A stretch of 20,413 nt of DNA. It comes from Candidatus Vampirococcus lugosii. Its GTDB lineage: Bacteria > Patescibacteriota > Gracilibacteria > Absconditabacterales > Absconditicoccaceae. The notes under the pieces were generated by a model, which saw nothing but the letters and a program-made list of their open reading frames with translations, was not told the origin of the DNA and did not search any database. Both the position numbers and the translations under genes were made by a program. Below, piece after piece: positions 12,068 to 20,413 of this stretch. The stretch is from positions 1-20,413 of the forward strand of contig NZ_JAEDAM010000096.1 of NCBI RefSeq assembly GCF_018420025.1. Reading direction: 5' to 3'. The first letter of the stretch is position 1; every line of letters begins with the position of its first letter.

Positions 12068-15000
12068 TTATCTTGTACAATATCATCACACAGTACTATT
12101 TAAACTAGCTATTTCTCATCTTGATAACCTAGGAGCTTCACAAAACCAAGTCCATTGTGTATATCATCATTTCAAATCTAATTTGTCTATTCCTCCTCTT
12201 GCTCTAATTCTAGAATAAGATCAATAATTTTCGTAACAAACTCTGTTTAAAGCATTTGGCAATGGATTAGTATTACCAATATCATCAGAGTCTAATAAAA
12301 CAGAAGAATTGCTTCCAGAATTTGGATTATCAGTTGCCATAACAGATCATGGATTAGTCCATCAACTTTGATACCAACATTCATCTCATATATCTAACAC
12401 ATCAATTCTCCTTCAATTATCAAGTTCTGTTATTTTTCAATTATCACATTTAAAAATTCTTTTTGCAGAATTTGGCATACCATAAGTACTTGATATATAA
12501 TGATATGATAATACTTGTCAATCTTTCATTTGATGAACTCTTACTCAATTAACTTCTTGTTGACTACATCCTCTTCAACTTGAATAATTTTCTAATATAT
12601 AATTTGTTCTAGTTCCATCATTTGATCTATTTATCCATCAACATGTTGTATCCCTTACTGTTGTAGTTCAAGCTATTTTATTACATTCTGATAAACATCT
12701 ACTCCTAGTTAAAACATCTGCAAAACCTTCAGATCTCAATCTTGTACCAGAGCTTAAAACTTGATTATCTCCTACTTTTTCTCAAGTACTTTCTATTTCA
12801 ACACTTCATAAATAACATTGTCACATAGGAATACATTCCTGAATAACACTTGATAATCTACTTGTTGTTTTTTCTTCATATCAATCATTACAACTTCTTA
12901 TTGTTTCTCTTGGTTCACCTACTTTTTCCCACTTACCAGTATTATTATCACATTTAAAATCCTGTCTATATCTTACTACTCAATAATCTACATTTACTTC
13001 TTTATTAACCAATTGTCTTCAATTTCTTTCTGCTATTTCATATCAATCTATTACAGTAGCTTCACATGTTTTATTATTATTGTTGTTGTTATTATTATTA
13101 TTGTTGTTGTTATTATTATTATTGTTGTTGTTATTATTATTATTATTGTTATTATTATTGTTATTATTATTATCAGTTGATAGTATTTCATAATGACAAT
13201 CTACATCAGATTTCAAAAGTGTAGGATCAGTTTTTGAACCTATTCAAAAGTATAAACCATAAGTTGTGTTTCATCATTGTTCAGTTGTATAAACATTAAC
13301 ACCACAACCTGAATTTATTCTTCAAGGAGATGAATTAGTCTTAACAGTAAGATTTTTACCTTTATGTTTAATTATAAAAGAATTTATACCTGATTTTAAT
13401 TTAAAACCTCAACCTACATACTTTTTATTTTTAGAAACTTCTTTTTTCCAAGTTCAGTCAATATTAGTAATATTATTTGGATCTGAAACAGTTATAGTAA
13501 TAGTATCTTCTTTATCTTTTTCTTTTTCACCTTCTTTATCTTTTTCTTTTTCACCTTCTTTATCTTTATCTTTATCTATTTCATAAGAAAGACATATTGT
13601 AGGTTCTAAATTCCAACGAACTTGTGCTGATTGTGTGCCCTCCCAATGTGCTTCAAGATAATTGTTATTACAACTAACACTATTAAAATTTTGTAAATTA
13701 TCTCATTTATTTGTTTTAAGTATAATGCTTGAATTTGGTATAACTTGTGATGAAATATTTTCACACTGTTGTCTATTAATGCTTTTATAACAATTTCATT
13801 TATCTTTACCATCTTCACCTTCTTTTTCTTCTTTCAATACATTATCATTATATTCTACATATAAACTATCATTATAATCTCTTTTTACTACTGCACCATG
13901 TGTTGATGAAAAAACATCTCAAAATTTAAAACCTCAATCTTCTAATTTAATATCAAATTCTATATCATTATATCCTTTTCTTTCCAAAGTAATATTTACT
14001 TTATCTCATTTATTAAATTTATCCATAAATTTTTCATAAGTATAATATCATCAATTCTTATAAGAACTTCAATCAATAGCCATACCAAAAGCTCCTTTTG
14101 CTGTATTCATTCCTTTTTCTGCCTTAATTACAATATCTTTCAAAGATTTACCGTAATTATCTTTAACTACAATAAATGGCACATCAGATTTATCTTCTTT
14201 TAATTCTCAACATTTATTTACTAATTTAGCTTCATAATTTTTATTCACTTCAATATAATAAGTTTCTCAATCTAATGATATTGGAAACATACTACATCAT
14301 CAAAAATCTTTTGATCACAAAACAGGATCAATTCATATACTTATTATATCTCTATCTTTTCTGAATTGTATTTTATTAATACTTTTATTAAAGTATATAT
14401 CTTCTTCTTTTATTCAAGATTTTTTATCAAATAATAAACCTTTTAGCGGTAATTCTATATTTGCTGACTTAAAATTTTGTGGAACAGCAATTATAGCATC
14501 ATTTTTATATCAAGGTAATGATGATATTTTAGGATATTCTTTTGCATTATCAAGCAATACCAGAAAAAGATATCTTTTTTGTTTTCATATATGTAGATTA
14601 TGTTTTTCATAATCATCTTTATAAATATTTTTTAAGTTAATAAGAAAATCTGATTCATCTTGTATTTTTATATCTCTTATTACTTTTATATCTTTTATAT
14701 TTCCATCTTCTTCTCAAATTATAGTATCAATTATTCCACTTATTTCATTTTCACTCTTTTTATTAAGAATTTCTAATGCTTTAATTTTGAAATTAATAAA
14801 TACAACATCTAATACTGGCCAAAAACTATGTGTTTTTAATTGAACTTCTATTTTATTTATAGCTTCTATTTTTTCTACTAACCATGCAATATCCCTTTTT
14901 TCAAGTTCCAAATTTTCAAGCATATTATCAACAAAACCCTTATACATCATTTTCTCTGATGGATTCAATTTTCAAACTTTCTCTTTTAATTCTTTCTCCA

Positions 15001-15424
15001 AACTATCTATCTCTTTTATTAAACTACTTATTCATTTACTTTCTTCTTCTTTTTCTTTATTTTTATCTTCTTTTTCATTTTTATCTCAAACATTTATTTC
15101 AATCCTCTTTGAAAACTCTGGATCATCTAAATTATAATCTTCATTATCACATTTAACTTCTGTCCATCAATTATCATAAAATTTTACTGGTCCACTTCTA
15201 TCTATAATAAGTCATTTTTGATTTGACTTATATGTTTGTCTTGTTCATTTTCAATTATTAGTTGAAATTCTACAAATCTTCCATCATTCAATTTTTATTG
15301 TAACATCTATTTCTTCTCATGGTTTCACTGTCTCACTAGATACACTTAATTCTGCAATATCTTGTCAATAAGATATTCAAGATAAAAAGAACATTCACAT
15401 AAAAAGTAATCATATTTTCTTCAT
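12068..15424 (-). CDS. large secreted cysteine-rich, Asn/Lys-rich surface protein, 1118 aa, no family recognised
   Basis: ATG 15424, TAA 12070-12068. Every in-frame codon checked: no TAA/TAG, many TGA. Signal-peptide-like N terminus MKKIGLLFMGMFFLSGISYG|QD. Coiled-coil-like Glu/Lys segment, (KEGEKEKD) repeats, N33 tract. The C-terminal roughly 400 aa has many Cys and a recurring (F/V)KCDN motif seen 3 times. Confidence 0.8.
13073..13171 (-). repeat. 99-bp AAT/AAC trinucleotide tract encoding 33 consecutive Asn, with a 21-bp higher-order unit
   Basis: On the + strand, (GTT)3(ATT)4 is repeated three times, followed by ATT/GTT variants. The tract is in frame within the 12068-15424 CDS. Confidence 0.95.
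13507..13580 (-). repeat. 24-bp in-frame tandem repeat (about 2.5 copies plus degenerate AAAGAT units) encoding KEGEKEKD / KD repeats
   Basis: CTTCTTTATCTTTTTCTTTTTCAC at 13507-13530 and 13531-13554, a partial third copy, then ATCTTT units. Confidence 0.9.
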
Positions 15425-15488
15425 AATTATTATGGTAATAATATAAATAAATTTAATACTAATTTTTTAAATTAATTAGTATAATTAA

Positions 15489-15516
15489 ATTATATTATTT
15501 TTTTTATCTTTTTCAA
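15489..15516 (-). promoter_or_regulatory. near-consensus sigma70 promoter for the large secreted protein gene
   Basis: On the - strand: TTGAAA (15516-15511), 16-nt spacer, TATAAT (15494-15489), about 60 nt upstream of the ATG at 15424. Confidence 0.4.
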
Positions 15517-15692
15517 GGTTTTTTTATATTTTGTGTGCAAGTAATGTTAAATTTTCAGTATAATAATATTTATTCTATTGCATAATGGAAAAAGATTTAT
15601 CACCATTTTTTATGAAAAATATAAATAGTAATTAACAAATTTATCTTTTTTTATTTTTGAGTTTTATATTATCTTTGTAGATTAAAATCTAT

Positions 15693-15725
15693 AAATAAAT
15701 CCTTGAATAGATCAAGGATTTATTT
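15693..15725 (-). terminator. intrinsic terminator downstream of the MCP gene
   Basis: 14-bp perfect stem AAATAAATCCTTGA (15693-15706) / TCAAGGATTTATTT (15712-15725) with a 5-nt loop, 26 nt after the stop at 15751. The - strand transcript has a U-rich 3' side. Confidence 0.55.
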
Positions 15726-15750
15726 TGTAGTAAGTATATTTTATTATAAT

Positions 15751-17289
15751 TTATTCAAATTTAACTCACATTCTAAATCATCACCAATGTTCTCATTTTA
15801 CATATATAGGAGAAGAAATATCAAGCATAGGAATAGTTTTACCTCACATTTCCCTTATATAAATTTGTACTAATTTTTTTTCTTCATTATTTGAAGCCGC
15901 TTTTAATCAAACTCTATCAGTAAATTTCCTTCTATTTCTTGAATTAGCTGTATTTCGATTTATATCTGATTTTGTATTAGATTTTCTTTGAGGATGTGAA
16001 AATTTTTTATTATGAGTAGGTAAATAACCATCTTTTTTGAATACAGGTGCACAAAATATTATTTTTCATGTTTCATCTTCTTCCAAAATTTTTTCTTGTA
16101 TTTTTTGGAATTCATCAGTTAATCAAGTAAATCAAGTAATATATTGAACAGGATTTGTTCATGGAATTTCAATAAATTTTTCATCAAATAATTCTTCCAA
16201 TGTAATTATTCATACAAGTTCTACAAGATTTCAATTTAAATCAAGTTTTAATTTTTTTACAGTTTTACCTTTATCTATAATTTCTTCAAACATTTTACTA
16301 TAATAATCTGCAGTTTGAGAAGCAATTTCTGCCATTTTTCATTCATCTATGTTTAAATTATAATTAATTCAAAGTTGCATTTGTTTTTCACATATTATAA
16401 GAGATTCGTCCAGATGTGAATATGCACTATCCAATGATTTATTAGAATTATCTAAATCATATCAAGTTTCTTCTAGTTCTTTCATAGTATTGTCTAATTG
16501 ATTTTGAACTATTTCAACAGTTTTTTGAAGTAATTCAAGTCAACCTTTTGCATCTTTAGTTGCTCATACTGCTTTTGAAATATTATTTAAAATATTTTCA
16601 ACTCATTGATTTGAATTATTTGACTTTTGTGCCATATTTTTAATTATCTCTTTTAGAGATTCACTTTTTTCTATTAAATCATTAATTATATCTCAAGTTT
16701 TTTTAGAAGTATTTTCAGTTTTTTTAGATAAAGATTTTATTTCTTCTGCAACAACAGAAAAAGCATTACCTACAACTCATGCTCTAGCTGACTCTATTTG
16801 AGCATTTATAGTTAAAATATTTGATTGATTTGAAATTTCTGAAATATTTCAAGTAAGTGATTTTGCTTCTTGAGCATTATAATTATGAATATTTATTTTT
16901 TCTTCCAAACTCAATATATCAGATATAAGATATTTTATGTTTTCTACTACTTCATCAGTATCAATAGATGAATTTTCCAAAGCTTCTAATGCATTATTTA
17001 TAATAGCTTCAGGTCATTGAGCATTGTCAGAAAGTTTTTGAACTTGTGAAACAACTTTATCTAATCTTTGTATTATATCATTTAAATTATTTATTTTCTC
17101 AAACATTGTAGTTTTGATATTACCAATATTACTTGTTACAGATGCAAGTTCTATAACTTGTTTTTTCAAAAGTCATAAATTTTTTTCAATGTATTCTATA
17201 AGTTGTCAATTAGTTTCTCTTAGCTCTAACAATTCTCATTTTAATTTTTTTGATCAATTAAATAAGTTTACACTAAAATTATTTACCAT
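15751..17289 (-). CDS. soluble methyl-accepting chemotaxis protein (512 aa) with a C-terminal sensor-like domain
   Basis: ATG 17289, TAA 15753-15751. Every codon checked: no TAA/TAG. MCP signalling hairpin SNILTINAQIESARAGVVGNAFSVVAEEIKSLSKKT. No hydrophobic TM segment. C-terminal roughly 170 aa: FCAPVFKKDGYLPTHNKKFSHPQ...NSRNRRKFTDRVGLKAA...DISSPIYVKGEHWGGFRMGVKFE. Confidence 0.85.
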
Positions 17290-17355
17290 AAGAAAATATT
17301 ATTAATAAAATTAAAAAAATTATAAATTGTGTCTTTTAATAAAACAGCAAGTACC

Positions 17356-17383
17356 TATATAATTAAAAAAATATAAATGTCAA
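17356..17383 (-). promoter_or_regulatory. near-consensus sigma70 promoter for the MCP gene
   Basis: On the - strand: TTGACA (17383-17378), 16-nt spacer, TATATA (17361-17356), about 65 nt upstream of the ATG at 17289. Confidence 0.4.
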
Positions 17384-17501
17384 TTAAAAATTATATATTT
17401 TAATAATTTAAGTTAAGTATTCAAATATTATTATTGAAAGATACAAAAAATTTAAAAATATTACTATATTTATTTTGAGTACAAATTTCAAATAAATTTA
17501 A

Positions 17502-18668
17502 TTATCTAACTCATAATTCAACATCAACATTTTTTTCATTTCAATCTGAAATAACTCTAAATTGTATATTATCTCATGGTTTATAAGCGAATAATTGATA
17601 TAAAAATGTATTTCATTTTCAAATTAAATTTCAATTTATATGTGTGATTATATCACCTGATTTAATTCATGCATTATCTGCAGATGAATTTGGAACTACA
17701 TTAGAAATTAATACTCAATTTTTGACTGATAATTCATTTTCTATAGCTATAGCATTATTGATATCTGTATGTTCAACTCACAAAAAAGGTCTTGTAATTT
17801 CATTATCGTTTATGACCATCTCAAGAGTTGATTCAACAAATTCTTCATTTATAGGAATACTAAATCAAATTCACTGACCTATAGCACTTATAGCAGTATT
17901 TATTCAAAGAACATTTCCCCAAATATCCATCAAAGGTCCACCACTATTACCAGGATTTATAGGAGCATCTGTTTGATAAAGTCATACATAAATACTATCA
18001 GCTTTTATATCTTCAAGTTGTCTTCATTTTCAACTTATAATACCGAAACTTGCACTATCTTGAAATTGTGATAAAGCATTTCATATAGCCAAAACAAATT
18101 GTCATACTTTTATATTATCAAATACAGATACAAGATTTACAGTATTTAAATTTGAAGGAACATTTCCTTCATCATTCAATATTTTTAAAACTGCTATATC
18201 AAGAATAGGATCAAACCAAATTTTATCTACATCATATCTAAATCAATCTTTTGTTACAACAGTATAATTTGTATTTCATCTTCTAGCTTCTTGTATAACA
18301 TGTTTATTTGTGATTATATATCAATCTTTTGATACAATTATTCAACTACCTCATCATATTTCTTGATTTTCTTGTTGAGAATATCAACCAAAAAAATTCA
18401 ATGGATCTTGATAATATATGTCCAAATCTCTACTTATTATAATACTAACAACTCATTTTCAAGAATTTGAAATTGTATTTATTAAAATATCTTGTAAATC
18501 ATTTACATTATCCACTCATGATAATGTGTCTATATTTTGTATATTTTCATCAACAAGTTTATTTTCCAAAAGATAATTTTGAGTAAATAAGTGATATCAT
18601 ACTATGAATGTAATATTTATTATTAATGATACAACAATAAGACTTATTATTATTTTAATTTTTTTCAT
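17502..18668 (-). CDS. htrA: HtrA/DegP-family (S1C) serine protease with one PDZ domain, 388 aa
   Basis: ATG 18668, TAA 17504-17502. Every codon checked. N-terminal anchor/signal KIIISLIVVSLIINITFIV. Catalytic triad contexts GGGSGIIVSKDGYIITNKHV, DIAVLKI, TDAPINPGNSGGPL. PDZ segment GVLISNVVPNSSADNAGIKSGDIITHING. Confidence 0.92.
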
Positions 18669-18694
18669 AAATTAATATTTTTTATTTAAATAAA

Positions 18695-19537
18695 TTATTT
18701 ATTTTTAATTATTACATCATTATTACTTCATAAATCAATTTCCAAAAGAGATTTATAATTAACTAATGATGATGCTACAATTCATCTATATTTTTTTAAT
18801 TGTAAAGATATATCTACTAAATTATTAAAATATAAATCTGGTCAATTATTTTGATAAACAATAGTTCTACTAGCTCATGGAATATATTTTATATAATCAA
18901 TATTTTCTTCTCAAACTATATTTTTTATATCCTCAATTTGAGATTTTAATAAATTACTATTTACTTTATAAAAAAAAGATTTATCCATATGTGATTTTTT
19001 TATATAATTTGGTATTTTTATTTTATTATTTTCAGATATTAATGAACTTCATGAATATAAAGAGAACATATTCTCACCAAAACTTGCAATATATGAGTTA
19101 TCATTAGTAAAAATAAAATCAAAATCAACATAATTAACATTCAAAATTGCAACTCAGTTTCAAATATGATTAATATCAAAAGATTTTAATATATTAAATT
19201 CATCCAAAATTTGTTTTTCATAATTTCATTTTTTTAAATACTTGAATATATAATAATTTTCTCAAATAATTCAAGATTGTATTTTTGAAAACATATCTTT
19301 GTTTGGATAATCATTAATATTTTTTTCCAAGAATCTAATTTCTTTTATTTCATAATCATCGGACAATATTGTATATTGCAATGATACATACAAAATAAAA
19401 GAAAAAATTATAAAAAAGAATAAAAAAAAGTATTTCTTTTTATTCTTATTAAGAAATATATTAATATACCTTAATTTTTTCTTAAATAAATTTTTTTCTC
19501 TTTTCCAAAATCTTTTTGATCCAAGCTTATGTTTCAT
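18695..19537 (-). CDS. FtsQ/DivIB-like cell-division protein (280 aa): single N-terminal TM plus POTRA-like region; assignment tentative
   Basis: ATG 19537, TAA 18697-18695. Every codon checked. Basic N terminus, TM YFFLFFFIIFSFILYVSL, then YEIKEIRFLEKN (like the FtsQ POTRA start) and an extracytoplasmic domain of the usual size. No strongly diagnostic motif. Confidence 0.5.
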
Positions 19538-19540
19538 AAA

Positions 19541-19981
19541 CTAATAAAAAATTGTATATAAAATAACAGTAATTATTGATCAAAACAATATTCAAGCCAA
19601 AACTTCATATAAAGTATGTCATAATCTTTCTTTTAGAAGAATATATTTATTATCTCAAAATTCAAATACTGTTTTTAGTTGATGACTAATATTATTTAGA
19701 TATTTGGCATGTTTTCCAGCTTCATATCTTACATTCATACTATCATACCAAAATAAAAATGAAAAAGTAAAAGCTATAGCAAATTCTGAAGAATCTATTC
19801 AAAATTTTAATAACATTAAAGTTGTTATACTAGCTGATATTCAACTATGAACTGATGGAAATCAACCAGCTCTTCGTATACTTTGAACATTAATTTTTTT
19901 CTCTTTATAAAAATCTATAAGTATTTTTATTAATTGTATAATAAATCATATAAAAATAGGAACAAAAAAATAATGAATCAT
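19541..19981 (-). CDS. divergent PAP2 family membrane protein (DUF212, YuiD-like), 146 aa
   Basis: ATG 19981, TAG 19543-19541 (the only TAG stop in the window). Motifs IIQLIKILIDF, RRAGGFPSVHSG, YDSMNVRYEAGKHA and LKERLGHTLYEVLAG match the family pattern GG(M/F)PSSHS ... YDA.GVRR.AG ... LGHTP.EV recalled from B. subtilis YuiD. Its stop is 3 nt from the FtsQ-like start. Confidence 0.85.
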
Positions 19982-20215
19982 ATTAAAAAATATAAATACT
20001 AAATTTAAATGACATAATAAACAAATAAACTCAAAAATCAATTTAAAATTGTTTTTTTGTGTCGATAATATTAAAGGATATTTATATAATTAAAAATATT
20101 TACTGTATAAATTGTTAATTATTGATTTTCCTCGCTTGGCGGGAAAAAAATATTGATTTTGGTAAAGAAAAAAATATAATGAAAAGGATTTAGTAAAATT
20201 AAAAAAATTAAAGAA

Positions 20216-20413
20216 ATGAAAAAAATATTGATATGAACACAAGATTTCAAAACATTTATAAATGAAAAATGATATTATATAGATAAAACTAAAACAATAC
20301 ATAATTTATTGATAAGTAATAGGTATTATTTTTTGTCTAGACCAAGAAGATTTGGGAAATCATTGACATTATCAATGATAAAATATTTGTATATGTGAGA
20401 AAAAGAATTATTC
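20216..20413 (+). CDS. AAA-ATPase-like protein (PF09820-type N terminus, usually fused to a PD-(D/E)XK nuclease domain); 5' partial, runs off the window
   Basis: MKKILIGTQDFKTFINEKGYYIDKTKTIHNLLISNRYYFLSRPRRFGKSLTLSMIKYLYMGEKELF matches the family signature PIG.Q.F......YYVDKT......L......YFLSRPRRFGKSL recalled from memory. Three in-frame TGA, one on the conserved IG. Confidence 0.8.

Noticed and set aside
11961-12218. 85-aa + strand ORF spanning the terminator and the 3' end of the large - strand gene
   Set aside because: It starts inside the palindromic terminator and overlaps the well-supported end of the 12068-15424 CDS on the opposite strand. No motifs.
12068-12700. C-terminal Cys/Asn-rich end of the large protein as a diversity-generating retroelement variable region
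   Set aside because: No reverse transcriptase and no template-repeat copy of the 3' end anywhere in the window. The terminal sequence does not match the C-type-lectin VR pattern I know.
15457-15481. Palindrome TACTAATT-N9-AATTAGTA just downstream of the -10 element of the 15516 promoter candidate, as an operator
   Set aside because: It is an 8-bp arm made only of A/T plus one C/G pair in extremely AT-rich DNA. Chance occurrence is too likely to report without comparative data.
20090-20302. 70-aa - strand ORF across the intergenic region and the start of the AAA-ATPase-like gene
   Set aside because: It is a low-complexity Phe/Tyr-rich product, antisense to a + strand gene start with a strong family signature (YFLSRPRRFGKSL).
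5857-20413. Reading the fragmented standard-code ORFs as pseudogenes or a decaying region
   Set aside because: Every interruption is TGA, never TAA/TAG and never a frameshift. The fragments are colinear in one frame, and conserved catalytic motifs are intact once TGA is read as sense.
5857-20413. Translation table 4 (UGA = Trp, Mycoplasma/Spiroplasma-like) as the explanation
   Set aside because: TGA falls on invariant Gly positions (AGEVVERP, HGRP, Walker A GxxGxGKS, ARAG, GSG, GGFPS). Trp would break these motifs. TGG is retained for Trp. The 16S is also unlike Mollicutes at several signature regions.

Overview
The window comes from a very AT-rich genome that reads UGA as glycine (NCBI translation table 25, known from the candidate phyla Gracilibacteria and Absconditabacteria/SR1). 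Under the standard code every protein gene breaks into small fragments. When TGA is read as sense, nine complete genes and one partial gene appear, and TGA repeatedly sits on invariant glycines of well-known motifs. Left to right, the window holds: (1) an rRNA locus on the + strand in an atypical order, tRNA(CAU), tRNA-Gly(UCC), 23S, 5S, 16S, in which the 16S 3' tail lacks the CCUCC anti-Shine-Dalgarno core; (2) mutL and a small membrane-protein gene on the - strand; (3) a 1043-aa TrwB/TraD/VirD4-like (coupling-protein-like) P-loop ATPase, preceded by a 153-aa gene that duplicates its N-terminal module and membrane anchor; (4) convergent to it, an 1118-aa secreted cysteine-rich protein with a 33-residue poly-Asn tract and charged tandem repeats; (5) a membrane-less methyl-accepting chemotaxis protein (MCP) with its sensor-like domain at the C terminus; (6) a divergent PAP2 / FtsQ-like / HtrA gene string; (7) the 5' end of a PF09820-type AAA-ATPase-like gene. 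I saw no CRISPR array, transposase, integrase or reverse transcriptase. All coordinates and translations were done by hand, and no database search was possible.
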